Of a stretch of DNA of 64,000 nt, positions 36,533 through 49,467 are shown piece by piece. The stretch is taken from contig OZ237758.1 of NCBI GenBank assembly GCA_965178125.1, positions 62,001-126,000 of the forward strand. The letters run 5' to 3'. The DNA comes from Bilabrum cf. latius. Its lineage: Eukaryota. Position numbers and translations under genes: made by a program. The notes beneath the pieces were generated by a model that saw only the letters and a list, made by a program, of their open reading frames with translations, did no database searches and had not been told where the DNA came from. How positions within the stretch are numbered: the stretch's first letter is position 1; each line of letters opens with the position of its first letter.

Positions 36533-38482
36533 TCAAGTGTACACCGGAAAGTCGGCCCTGCCGAGATACCTGACCGCCAGCTTGGCTCCAGCTGGAGTGG
36601 GGTGTGAGAAGGCGATAGCGGCCAAGGGAACCACCTCCCCTGTGCCTTTATCCATGCCCGCACCCATGCCCATCTGAGCGGCGATGCTGCTCCCTGAGCC
36701 GCTGCTTGAGCTACTAGTGCTGCTGCTGCTGCTGCTGCCCGCCGCACCACGGCTCTCGGTTCCCCCTCTGGCTTCACACCAAACTCCCAGGGCCCCTGCC
36801 TCGGCCCTCTGCGTGTGCATCGCCCCTTGCCTCCCCACGTGTCTCCAGCACCGTCTCACTGCGTCCAGCAGCAGACTGGCCACTCCCTGCCGGCGAGCCT
36901 GTCCGTGCACCCAGACCTGCGCGATCCCAATCTCAACGGACACCCTGGCCGTGGTGTCGACGTGCAGAGCCCCAGCCGCCTCTACCGCAGCCCCCCCTCC
37001 AGCTTTGGATGCAGAGGCCGGTGTGGGCGCGGCACATTTGCAAGGCAAGGCGCGATGAGCCTCCATCACTTGCTCCGCCACCACGCATCCCAGCGCCCGC
37101 CCCTGCTCCCCGACAAACACGACGGCTAGCCGGTGGATGTGCTCATTGTCAGATCCGCTGTCTGTTCCCTGGTACCCACCCAACACACTCGTCACGTGCT
37201 CGAGCAGGTGTCGGGCGGGCGCCCCTCTCAATCCAACCGTGTGCAGGCCAGGCACGACCGCCACCACGGTAGGACCCCGCTACTGCGGCTCCAAGGGCCG
37301 AGGCCACGGCAGCCATGACCCGCGCTCGCGCACTGCCATGTGCCCGCGCACAGCACTGCCACTGGCACCCACAAGTTGCCCTCCTCTACTCGGCCCCGCC
37401 CACAGCAAGAACCCCTCCTTGGGCGCAAGCAGGCCACCGCCACTACCTGCCGTCCCATGCGAGCTGCCGCCTCCCACAACTGCCGTTGCCACTCTCCCAC
37501 TGCACCTGCCACCTCTGTGTCGGGACCTGTCGCGGCTGTCCCTCAAATCCATTGGTGCACCGCAGAAGCGACACGCAGTCGGCCCCGCGTCCCTCTGGCC
37601 CCAGTCCAGTCGTGCCTGCAGGAGCTTCCCCGTCACCGCCTTTCCCGATCCCCTGGGTCTCGAAGAGCCACCCAGTGATCCAATCGAAGAGGCGCCCGAT
37701 GAAGCAGCAGACGCCCCTGCCCCTGCCCAACCACCCGCGGCCGATGACCCGGTTGCTAGTGGAGCCTACTCCCCCGAGGCCGATGATGCGCTCACCGCAC
37801 TCCCACCGCCTGTTCCATCGCTCTAGCACCCGATCCCAAGCCCACCTTTGCTTCCAGTCCCCATTGCTTCACCGCAACTCTACACCCGCGACCCCTTGCC
37901 CCCACCATCCTTGTCTCCACCTTGTCCAGCAGCCAGCGGCAGCAGTGTGCCATCCGTGTCTTCTTCCATCCTGCTCCGCTAGGCAGGGCTCATCCACCAT
38001 GCACCAGCCCTGGGATCCTCGGGTCCCGATAGACCTAGGTGCCGGAAGGGGTTGAACCGGGAGCCAAATGAGGAAGGGAAGGGGTGCGCTGGGGCCGTGC
38101 CAGTGCAGGCATGCAGCTGCAGGGGCGGGGGCACCATGCTAGGATTCGCCGGATTAGCTGCTTCCTACAGAGCATCGCCGTGCGCTGGAAGGGAGGGCAA
38201 TTTGCGCACAGAAGGCTGTCCCGCCTGCTGCCTCGCTTTCTTTGCTACGCGCTCATCCAATCTGGATACCGTTGTATATCCTTCGCGTTTTCGGGGCGTA
38301 CCGATCTAATGGACGGAAGCTGGGCTCCACAAATCTACTGATGGGCTAGTGCTCGTATCAGTGAGCCAAGCAGGTTCCGGCGAATCCTGGACAGACGTAC
38401 GGGAATCCGACGCTGGATGGCCAGACCTAGATGACCTAGGTGTTCTGGCTGCGTAGCTCCGACGTGCAACTGTTTTTGCCAT
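36533..38482 (-). CDS. ECO1: Eco1/ESCO cohesin acetyltransferase
   Basis: QARLDWGQ...CRFCG...H zinc-finger region; GCVVAEQV, GIAQVWVHGQARRQGVASLLLD, IAFSHPTPAG. TAGs at 38306, 38165, 37979, 37823, 37280; TGA stop. Confidence 0.87.
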
Positions 38483-38824
38483 AGCCTTAGGTCCAATAGA
38501 GTGCAAACTAGTTATGGGAGGCGAGTGGCCTAACTGCGCGTAGGCGGTAGCTTGGACAGAATTATCTAGCTTTCAGAGTAGCTGTAGTGAAATTACGCGC
38601 AAGCGGCAGGTATTGGTACACTTGCAAGCAGTCAGACCCCACGCTCACATTCTTAGATTTTAAGAACAGGTCTTTTTGACCTGACATAGCCACGCCAGGT
38701 CGCACTGTTGGATGAATTCGTTCGTTCGAGCGTATTTAAAATGACGAACGTTCGTACGGGTTCGTTGCAGTTGGAGAGAACTACGACTAAAACAAGGCCA
38801 CCCCTAGGACAGTTATTCGCAATA

Positions 38825-41149
38825 ATGGAAGAAGCTATTTTTAATACTCTTGCAGGAGGGCTTATGGGAAGGACGTAGAAGGAGAAAAAGTCCAAATCCG
38901 CCAAAAGGGCCACTTCCGGTTCGGTAGGTTCGCTTGACTTTTTTGGAACTTAGTCCCGCGGCACCAAGAAGAAGAGAGGAAGCAAAAAATCGAAGAAACA
39001 TGCTAAATCTTCTCGAGGTAATGGTTCTGATCTGGAAGCACGTACTGGGATGAAAGCTGATGACCTAGCGTCAGCCAAGCCAGATGCGGCCGGCAGTATC
39101 GACCAGAACTTGCGGCTATTTTCGGCATCTTCTCAGACGGAACTTGATGAGTAGGCTAGGTTATCCAAAGACTAGTTGGCTAGGACCTCGAAGCGTGCGC
39201 TGGAAGCTGCAAGAGCGCGAGCTGCTATGGAGGACGAGGCAGCCGAAGCACTGCGGGAGCAGGCTGGGATTCGCGTCAAGGGGACGATGCCACCGCGGCC
39301 AATCGGCTCATTCGATGCCCTTGAGGACGGCTACATAGCGACAGGTGTCGCTGCACAGTCAAACAGGGGCCGCGCAGACGATGCCGCAGCAGGTGCAACC
39401 GGTGCGAGCCAGCGTCGGTGCGCCGCGCACCTCTTGCGGAACATCGAGGCGGGCGAGTGGGTGGAGCCCACCCCCGTGCAAATGCAGGCGGTGCCCTCTC
39501 TGCTGGAAGGCCGCGACACTCTGGCCATCGCCCCCACAGGCAGCGGCAAGACGGCGGCGTATCTCATCCCGGCGGTGCTGTCCCTCGGGGCCAGGGCGCA
39601 GGGGGCGGGGCCCAGGGCCGTGGTGCTGGTGCCCACTAGGGAGCTGCAGGCGCAGGTGCTCCAGGAAGCGCGGCGCCTCTCCAGCGGAACCGGGTTGCGG
39701 TGCGGTGGTTTGTCGAGGAGCGCTGCAGCAGGTGCATTTGGGGCCGAGGTGGAGGTGCAGGTGCAGGCTGGGAGGGGTAGTGGCGGTGCGAGCAGTGAGT
39801 CTGCAGCGACATCTGGCGATGAATACAAATAGCAGCAAGACGAAGACAACGAGGACGAAGATGAGGGTGAAGATGAAAACGATGATGAGAGCGAGATGGG
39901 CAGCGAGGGCAAGTCCAAGGAAGGCAAAGGCAAGTAGCCGCCCAAGGGCAGGGACAAGAGGCGATCCAAGTCGGGCACCCTGCTGCTATCAGGCGCCGCG
40001 AGAGAGGCCGCCCGCCTGCGAATCCCCGACGTGGACATTCTCGTGGCCACGCCCCTGCTGCTGGCCTGGCTCGCGCGCACGGAGCACGGCAAGCACGGCC
40101 TCCGATCCCTCCGGATCGTGGTGCTCGATGAGTGCGACAGGCTGCTGGACGGGGGCTCAGCACTCTCCGGGCAGGTAGATGCCGTGCTGTCCGCGTGCGG
40201 AACCGGCGCAGCGCGCTGCCTGTTCAGCGCCACGATCCCCGGGCAGGTGGAGGAGCTGGCCTCGCACGTGCTGCGGGACCCGCTCAGGATCACGGTGGGA
40301 CTCAAGAACGCAGGGGCGGCGACCATCTCCTAGCGGCTCGTGTTCGTGGGGTAGGAGAAGGGCAAGCTGCTGGAACTGAGACAGATGAGGGCCACGGGGC
40401 TGGCCCCGCCCGTGCTCATCTTCGTGGAGAACAAGGCTCGCGCGCAGGAGCTGACGGAGGAGCTGCTGCTGGACGGGTGGCGGGCGGAGTGCCTGCACTC
40501 GGGTCTCGAGCCCAGGACGAGGAAGGCCGTGCTGCAGCGGTTCAGGGACGGGAGCACGTGGTTTCTGGTAGCGACGGATGTGCTAGGGCGCGGGATCGAC
40601 GTCCCCGGGATCAAGATGGTGGTCAACTTCGACTTCCCGCCGGATGTGACCGCGTATGTGCACCGCATCGGGCGCACGGGCAGGGCGGGCGCCAAGGGGG
40701 AGGCCGTGACGTTCTTCACCGAGGCGGACATCTTGCGGCTGCGGGCAGTCGCGAACGTGATGAGGACGAACGGCTGCGAGGTGCCCGAGTGGATGCTGCA
40801 GCTGCGGCGCATGACCAAGACGGAGAAGAGGGAGCTGAGGAGCGGGCAGGCCAAGGGGAGGAGGCCCGTGTCGGCGCCCACGCTGTGGGACCAGGCCCAG
40901 CGGCGGAAGGCCAAGAAGCGCAAGAGGGCGGAGAGGGAGGAGGAAGTGAAAGGTCGAGGGGGGGGTGAGAAGGAGAAGGAAGTTGCTGGCGGAGGAGCGT
41001 CGAAGGGTTCTACTAGTAGTAGCAGGGGGTCCAGAGGGGGGGCGAAGGAGAGGAGGAGGAGCAAGGAGGGCTCAGAGGTGGGCGGCAAGGGGGTTAGCGA
41101 GGCCAGCCGTGAGTCCAAGGCGAAGCGAAGGCGGAAGGGGACGTCATAA
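38825..41149 (+). CDS. ROK1: DEAD-box RNA helicase ROK1/DDX52
   Basis: LDFFG; EPTPVQMQA, APTGSGKT, PTREL, DECD, SAT, TIS[TAG]RLVFVG[TAG]EKGKLL, PPVLIFV, HRIGRTGRAG, GCEVPEWML. Eight in-frame TAGs; TAA stop. Confidence 0.92.
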
Positions 41150-41272
41150 AGGGCCACTAATGCATGGATGACAGCAGGCATACAGCATGCATGCATGCGC
41201 ATTGACGTGAGTCAATCGTCACACCATGTAGCCACCAGTAAATTCCGTTCCACGGCAATATTTTGAATACGA

Positions 41273-42757
41273 ATGGTAGAATGGCGCCAGATAGATAACG
41301 CGTCATGTTCTCATATAAGGATCGCTGAGGCTTGTGGTGTTGATCCACAATCAGAAGCACAAGATTAGAAACCGAATGAGCCGCAGCTTGCAGTCGTTGC
41401 AGTCCATGGTGCAGAGTCTTCTCTGGAGTCGTTCACAAGAATTGCGTAGCATTTAATCGCTGGCAGTTGCGCTGTCGTGTCGCCCTCAAGGGTTCGCCTT
41501 TTTGGTTATGATATCAGAGGCCACGGCAGGTCGAACGCCATGACCGGGTGCGCTGCACAGGACCACGTGAACGATTGCGTGGCAGTCATACGAGCAGTAG
41601 TCAATCATATTCACGCATAGGAGGCCTAGGGTGGATCATTTGGCAGCTCCAGTCATGAGCACGATCAGACAGCCTCGGATGCTCACAACCTGACGGCGGA
41701 CGGAAGGCCAGCGCAATCGCCTGTCCGAATATTGCTATTAGGTCACTCCGTCGGAGCATCCATCGCTACAAAAGCAGCTCTCCAATTACAGACGAGCTTT
41801 CTCTCTCCAGGTACCAGCTCAGGCGTGGCAGGGTCCCCGGCCACTGGAAGCGAGTCGACTGGCAGTACCGTGTCCCCGGCAACGGGTGGGGCGGGCCTCG
41901 CACCCCCACCTGCTTCGATGGCTGCGATCATGGCACGGAAACCAACAAGTATGCCACCACCTGCGAGCGATGCTTGCCTTGCAGGAGTTGCAGTGCACGG
42001 TGCTGCTGTCCCGTCTCCAAGGCAAGCACTGCGTGCGATTCCGCTGCAGTGGCCTGCACCTGCTCGGGCGGCAGAGGGCACAACATCTGCCAAAGAAGTA
42101 GGTTCCATGCCCCCTCACGTTGTTCTCTCGGGAGTGATGGTCATTGAACTGGCGGAGACGCTTGCGATCCAGGCTCTCCAGCGGGCGGGGGCGCGGTCGG
42201 CGCTGGCCAGGAGGCCCCGGCTGTTTCCCTCAAGGGAGGCTGCCTGGGCGTGGGCTGTGGGAGAGGGATTCGTGAAGGGGAAGGGGCCTCCAAGTCGCGG
42301 GGCGGGGAAGGGGGCGGGCGGGGAGGCGCATGCATCTGGTGGCGGGCGGATCGGTTGCGACGGTGACGATGAGGAGGCGGCCATGTACGTGTGGCCCAGG
42401 CTGTAGAGAGTTAGGAAGCACCCTGGCAGAGGTGCTTCGGGAGTTGGTGGTGTTGCGTGTGACGAGTGGGAGTGGGAGTGGCGCGGCAGCATCGGGGGGT
42501 GGGTGCCAGTGGAGGTTGAGGTGATGAGGGGGGCTTCAGGGGCATTCATTGCACTGCAGTGCCCCCGCCGACTGCTGGTCTCATCTCCAGATATGGTGGA
42601 TCCCCTTTTCACCGCCCCTGTGATGATGGGGAAGTTCGGGTGCGGTGTGCTGCACGGAGCGGCAGGAGCGGACCACTTTCTGCACGAGAGCATAGAAGGG
42701 GCTGAGATCGTTGGTAAGCAGGTGCAGGCCTTCATTGAGCGATACGGTCAAATCTGA
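41273..42757 (+). CDS. PPME1: Protein phosphatase methylesterase 1-like alpha/beta hydrolase
   Basis: VAVHGA, YDIRGHGRS, GHSVG nucleophile elbow, RPRLFPSREAAWAWAV, MMGKF...HFLHE. TAGs at 41366, 41447, 41618, 41627, 42404; TGA stop. Confidence 0.78.
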
Positions 42758-42899
42758 AATGCATTTCTGAAGCCCCCCGGCCGGGGCTCGAGCTACAAAG
42801 AGGTTGCAACCGCTTGCGGCTGCCGTGCAATCCCACACTTTTCATCCGAGTAGAACCCAACAATAGGGTTCCAGCGTTTAGTCATCGTTCTCAGTCTAT

Positions 42900-45800
42900 A
42901 TGTCATCATCGGGTCGTCGGGGGAATCGCGGTCGCGGCGGCGGGCACAGGGCAGCCCGAGACGCTGCGCCTGGCTCGAAAGCATCGAGCGAGAACGGAGT
43001 AGGAGAGGACTTTCGCATCCAAGTCGAGGAGGCCCTGCTCACATTTCGGGATACTGACGAGCCCCAGCTGGAGTTCCCTGCCGATCTCAACAATGTGCAA
43101 CGCAAATTCGTGCACCACCTGTGCGGCCAGCTAGGCCTTGACAGCAAGAGCTACGGCAAAGGGGAGTCGAGAAGAATCATCGTGAAGCGGAAACGCTCTA
43201 AAGGCACGGGCGGGGCTGGTATGCTGCCCCAGATCCACTTGCACCCAGAATCAGAGGCAGTCATCGCTCGGTATCTGGACCGCTTCCCGCCGACCCCGAC
43301 AGAGACGAGCCCAACACTCGGCTCGGCGGAAGAGTTCAAGATGTTGTCAACGCGAGTGACACATGCAGCACAAGCAGGAACCGCGTCCTCCGCGATGGAG
43401 CCACCCCGGCCCGCCGACGCCGCACGCACACCTGCTGGTGCAGAGGCGCTCCTGCCGCCGGCCCCCGAGCCGCCCGCCCCCCCGATGGCAGCCAAGGAGC
43501 ATCTCTCGGCGCTCGCCCGGCGGGTATCGGACCCGCGCTGGCCCTCTGTGCTGCAGGGCCGCGCCTCTCTCCCCGCGTGGACCGCCCGCGGCCTCTTCTC
43601 CAGCGCCCTCCGCCGCTCCCGCGTCATCCTCGTGAGCGGCGCCACTGGCTGCGGCAAGTCCACGCAGGTGCCCCAGTTCATCCTGGACGACCCAGAGATA
43701 GGGCCCCGGGCCAACGTGATCGTCACACAGCCGCGCCGCATCAGCGCCACGTCGCTCGCCGAGCGGGTTGCGGACGAGAGGCTGGAGCCGCTGGGGAACA
43801 CCGTGGGCTACAGGGTCAAGCTGGACGCGAAGCGGGGCCGGAACACGAGGCTCCTCTTCTGCACCACGGGAGTGCTGCTGCGGCGCATCGCGGCGGACCC
43901 TTGGCTCCGGGGGGTGACCCACGTGGTGCTGGACGAGGTGCACGAGAGGGACGCGGCCACTGACTTTTTGCTGGTGCTGCTGCGGGACCTGCTGCTGAGG
44001 GGGCGCAGGGGGCTCACGGTGGTGGTCATGTCGGCCACGATGCAGCTGCGGCTGTTCCTCGAGTACTTTGCCAGGCCCCCGAGGGCGGGGGAGAGGACGG
44101 CGGCGCTCCCGCTGCCCCCCGCCGCTGCTGCTGCGGCTGCTTCTGGTGCCGATGGGGCGTAGGACGGGGCAGGGACTGCCGATGCAGTCGCTGTGGCCGG
44201 TCCGCTTGCGGGACTAGAGGACGACGCCGCGGCCGCCCGTCTCTCGCAGGAAGGGCTGAGGCCGCAGGTGGTGTACATCAAGGGCAGCGCGCACCCTGTG
44301 CGTGAGTTTTGGCTGGAGGATGTGCTGTGGGAGATGGGTCGGGAGCGGAGAGAGAGGAGGCAAGGTGGAGGGGGGCTGGCGCCGGAGGGGAGGGGCGTGC
44401 TGGAGCCGCCCCCCGCCCCCGAGCTGAACCCCGAGGATGAGGCAGGGGACGCCTCCCGGGCCCGTTGTTCCCTGTGCGGGGCCCGCGCCTTCGAGGACTG
44501 GGACGAATACGCGATGCATGTGGCCACTTGCTTCGGGCCAGAGCAGCCCGGCGAGGGGGGTACTAGGGGCCCGCTTGGTGTGGCGGAGGAAGTACAAGGC
44601 GAGAAGGAGGACGGGCCTGAGGAGGACGGCGAGGGAGGGGGGGAAGGGGCAGGGGGCAGCGCGGCCGATGGGGCCAGCAGGGCGACGGCGGCGAGTGCGG
44701 GCATGGACGCTGGAGAGCCGGGTGGAGAGGACGATGGCATGCCGCTGGAAATGCGCCGGCACGTGGCATTCTACGACCCCGAGTCCGAGGATGCGCCCAG
44801 GGCTGGAGGCGGCACTGGCGGGGACAGCTGGGACGATGCGGGAGCGGGCGGGCCGCAGGAAGAAGGCGGGGAGGAAGGGACGCCCTCCCAGACTGAGGCG
44901 CTGGCCAGCAGCCTGGCTGCCATCGGGGCAGCGGCGCAGGAGAGTAGGGCGCAGGTGCAGGGCATTGCGGCGCGCGGGGCTGGGTCCGGGTCTGGTGGAG
45001 CACCCCCTGGCAGCGAGGAGGAGGCCGTGCAGCGGGAGCTGCTGGCCTACCAGCGCGGGGCGGCGGACGACGAGGTGGACTGTTCCCTGGTGGTGGACCT
45101 GATCCGATCCCTGTACCAGGCGGCGGGCCCTGGATCTGCGCTGCAGGAGGGCAGGCGCAGGCAGGCTGAGGACGAGGGCGAGGACGAGGGCGCTGCGGGG
45201 CTCGGGGCTGGAGCTGGCAGCAGGCGGGGAAGAGGCAAGGGCAAAGGCAAGATCAAGGCCAAAGGGGGCACCAAGGGCGAGCAGAGCCCCGTGCAGCAGC
45301 TGTGGGGTGGGCCTGGAGGTGTGTCGTCTCTCGCTGGGCAGAGCCTAGACCTGTCCCCTGCCGCTGCCCTCGCCTCTGGGATCGAGCCCGCGGGGGGCGA
45401 GGCAGGGGGCAAGGGCGGCCGTGCGCGAGACCCCGTACTGTCCGCGGACTCTATGGGCGCGGTGCTTGTATTCCTTCCCGGGTGGGACGATATCAGCAAG
45501 TGCAGGAGGCTGCTGGAGGAGGACCCCGCTCTGGGGGACAGGAGGAGGGCCTGGGTGCTGCCGCTGCACAGCGGAGTGCCTTCCAGGGAACAACGGAGGG
45601 TGTTCGAGGTTGTTCCCCCGGGGGTGCTCAAGGTGGTGCTGAGCACCAACATCGCGGAGACCTCCATCACCATCCCCGACGCCACGTTTGTCATCGACGC
45701 GGGCAAGCACAAGCAGAGGGCGCACGACCCACACACCGGCTGCGTGTCGCTGTCCTCCGTGTGGATCCCCAAGGCCAGCGCGAGACAGAGGGCGGGCCGG

Positions 45801-48800
45801 GCGGGCCGCGTGCGGCCGGGCATCTGCTACCACCTGTACAGCAAGCGGCGCTGGCGAGGCATGCCCACGGACATCGCCGCCGAGATCCTGCGCACCCCCC
45901 TGGAGGAGCTCTGTCTCCAGGTCAAGCTCATGCAGGCCGGGAGGGCGGCCGCGAGGCGCGGGGTGGCTCAGGGGCATGTCGGTGGGGGCGCGCCCTCGAC
46001 TAGTGGGGGTCTAGGGCTGGAGGAGGACGAGAGCGTGGCTGCATTCTTGGCCCGGGCCGTGGAGCCCCCCCCGGCGCTGGCCGTCCGTCAGGCGGTGCGT
46101 GCCCTCGTCGATGTGGGGGCCGTGGCGGTGGTGCGCAGGGGGCTGGCTTCGCCCTCGTCGTGGTCGTCGCCGGCGAGTGCGAGTGCGAGTGCGACTCCTC
46201 CGACTCCGACTCCAAGGGAGGTGTTGACCCCGCTGGGCCGGGCTCTGGCACGGCTGCCCATGGCCCCGCGGCTGGCGAAGATGGTGCTGGTGGGCTGTGT
46301 GCTTCGTTGCCTGGACCCAGTGCTCACTGTGGCGTGTGCCATGGCAGATCGATCTCCGTTCGTGATGCCCATGCGGTCCAGGGACAGGGAGCGGGCCGAT
46401 GAGGCGCGGGCCCGGCTGTGCGACGGCGCGAGGTCGGACCACTTGGCGCTGCTGGGGGCCTTCAGGGGCTTCGAGAGGGCCCGGGGGGGAGGGGGGGGTG
46501 GGGGGGGAGGGGACATGTTCCAGTTCGGGGGGCGCGAGATCCGGTTCTGCAACGACCATTTCCTGAGCCCCGTCTCTCTGGGAATGCTCCGGGGGTCCAA
46601 GGGGCAGGTGGTGGACGCCCTCCTCGAGGCGGGCACGCTCAGGAGGGAGGACCTGCGCGCGGGGGCGGGAGGCGCAAACGCGCACGCGAACAACCCGGCG
46701 GTGGTGGCAGCGGCGCTGGCCGCAGGCTTGTACCCGCACGTGGCCCGGCGGGCCCCCGGTGACACCAAGCTCAAGGGCAGAGAGGGGCAGCCGCTGGCCA
46801 TCCACAACGCCAGCGTGAACGGGGGAGGCGGGGCGGGCCGTGCGCTGCAGCGGTCTCTGGCCAGCGGCGAGGCGGGCGGGGCGTGGGCCGCCGAGGCCCG
46901 GGATTCACGCGCCTTTCAGAGGTCGAGGAGCGACCGGAGCGGGGCGTCTTCTTCTTCCAGGTCGTCGTCCTCGAGAGCGAGGGAGTGGGAGTGGCACTGC
47001 TTCCACGAGGTGAAGCAGATGAAGCAGAGCCACGGGGCCAAGGCTGTGGTCACCGAGACGACCGTGGTGCCAGCGGTGGGTGTGGCGCTGCTGTGCGGGC
47101 CAGACGAAGCGGCGGTCAGAGCAGCAGCGGGCTTCCCTCTGGCCTGGCGCATGCACGGCGAGGGGGGGGTTGCTGGGTAGATCTAGGGGGAGAGGGGAGT
47201 CAAGGGGGCGGACGGAAAGATGGGCAAAGGCAAGGGCAAGGGCAAGGGCAAGGGCAGATCTCATCGGGGAACACCGCTTGTTCCCGCCTCTTCCATGCCT
47301 GTGTTCCCCAGCGCCCTCCCCGCCGCCCCCGGTCTGGCACAGAGCGGCCCCCTCCAGGTGCTTGAGCAGCTGGCTCTCGCGGCGGGCTGCTTCGACGGGC
47401 CCAGGGAACAGTGGCCCCTGCGGCCCGGGGCGGCCTCCTCCAGCGAGCGCCCAATGGCCCGCGGGATCCCAGCCGAAGTCCTTGCCGGGTGGCCCGCCGG
47501 CCTCCGAGAGGCTGCCCTCCGGGTGTAGGCGCAGCTGGGCAGGGCGAGGGATGCGCCCGTGGTAGACCCTGGGTGGGCGCTGGTGGCGGCGCGGGCGGAC
47601 GAGGCCGCTGGTGCAGCCGCGGCGCAAGTGGCTGCGGCGCGGGGGCGAGGAAGCGGCGTGGCGGTGGGAGGAGCGGGGGGGGCAGGGGTGGGGGCAGGGG
47701 CGGGTGGGGCCGTGCTGCAGGCCCTGCATCCAGGCGGCGAGTTGGCGGTCATGTCTGCGGTGTCCAGTGGTGTGACGAGTGGTGCCCCTGCATCCGCTGC
47801 AGGCGAGGACGGCAAGGGCAAGGAAGATGGGGAGGAGGAAGAGGATGAGGAGGCCCCGGCCCGCGGCCCGCTACGAGTGGACGACTGGATCGCGTTCGGT
47901 GCTGCGAGGGCGGAAGGCCTGGGGCTGGCGGTGCTGCGGCTGCGGCTTCGGACTGCCCTGACTCTGGCGGCCTAGGGCAGGCTCTTCGATGGGTCCTCCG
48001 GTCTGGGCGAGGGTCACGCTGAGTCGCTCGCTGGGGCGGTGGGGGATGTGCTCGCCCTGGAGACCTTCGGGCGGCGAGCCTCTGCGGCGACTGGGGTGCG
48101 GACAGATGCGGGCAGGGGAAGGGGAAGGGGAAGGGGAAGGGGCAGAGGTAGAGCTGGAGGCAGGGGGCGGGGATCGAGGGGTGGCGATGGGGGCATGGAA
48201 AGGGGTAGGGGCAGGGGCAGGGGCTACGGAAGCAGCAGCGTTGAAGGTGGTGGGGATAGGGCAGGGAGCCATCGGGGTGGGGGATCCAGCAGGGGGAGGG
48301 GTGGCGGCGGGGGCAGGGGACGAGGGAGCGAGAGGGAGAAGGGGAGGGGGAGGGGGTCGTCTGTCCCCCTGGTGCCGTTCTAGGCCTCAGTTTCGATGGC
48401 GAGGGCAGCCAGCGAGGGGGAGGGGTGGATGCGAGAGAGAGGGACTAGAAGTGGTCGGGGTGGGTTGGCATCGCACGGGGGTGCATCACATGGGGGTGCA
48501 TCGCGGGGTCCAATGCAGAGGGGTGTGAGCGACAGTGCAACGAGCAGCAGGACAAAACAAGTCGTGGCTCGCGGTAGCACGGGTGGGGCCATGGCTCGCG
48601 GTAGCACGGGTGGGGCCATGGCTCGCGGTAGCACGGGTGGGGCCATGGCTCGCGGTAGCACGGGTGGGGCCATGGCTCGCGGTAGCACGGGAGGGGTGTC
48701 TGCTCATGAGCATAGGGGGCAAGATAGCGTTGGCCACGGTAAAAAGAGCGGTGAAGGCCAGTCGAAGAAGAAAGGAAGGCGCACCAAGAAGGCCAAACGA

Positions 48801-49007
48801 GCGGAGAAGCCTGCTGGAGAAGGCAGGGGTGCAGAAGCTGGTCTACCGGATGCGCGGGCCCCAGCTGTTTCAAGCAGTTCGGCTGCATAGGCTGCAATTG
48901 CTGCTGCAGTGGCAATGGGGATCGTTCCAAGCACCGAAGGTGGGGCGAGGACGAACAGCTCAGCAAGCTATGCAAGCGTGCCAGCCGCCAAGCCTCTCGA
49001 TCTATAA
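42900..49007 (+). CDS. R3H-domain DExH RNA helicase (YTHDC2/DHX36-like) with RGG-rich tail
   Basis: R3H (FPADLNNVQRKFVHHLC); [49 protein letters not shown]2. Conserved VDDWIAF block lies beyond four TAGs. TAGs at 44160, 47178, 47184, 47526, 47973, 48381, 48888; TAA stop. Confidence 0.88.
48565..48691 (+). repeat. 27-bp coding tandem repeat, (ARGSTGGAM) x about 4.7
   Basis: TGGCTCGCGGTAGCACGGGTGGGGCCA units. Confidence 0.9.
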
Positions 49008-49467
49008 TGCTCCGAAGCTTGCAAGGTATACAAATATACATACACAAATGTATTCTAAATTGGTCGTCTTCACAAGTTGATGAGACCATGCCAGCAACAC
49101 AAGCAATGAAAAAATGAAAAAAGGGAATTCGGGCACGAGGAGTCGCACCTCGGATTCTTCGGCCACAACGAAGTGTGATACTGTTTCACCATACCCGACA
49201 AATACAGAGGGCCAGATGACAATATACATATCAGACCAAAAGTTTATTGGAGACGTTGATGAGAGTAGTTTACTCCAATCCATCGACGTTGGATGTCCGA
49301 GGGAATTCTATACATATTGCGTGAAATAGGGTAGTTTTGGTACTTTCAGTTCACCACAGCAAGCCGAGGTGCAAACCCGAGTAGCGCTCAATCCATGTGG
49401 TGGCCACCGGCAAGCTTGGTCTCAGAGAGGCCTTGGCTTCATTTCATGGCTCCACCGCTGCGCCTGT

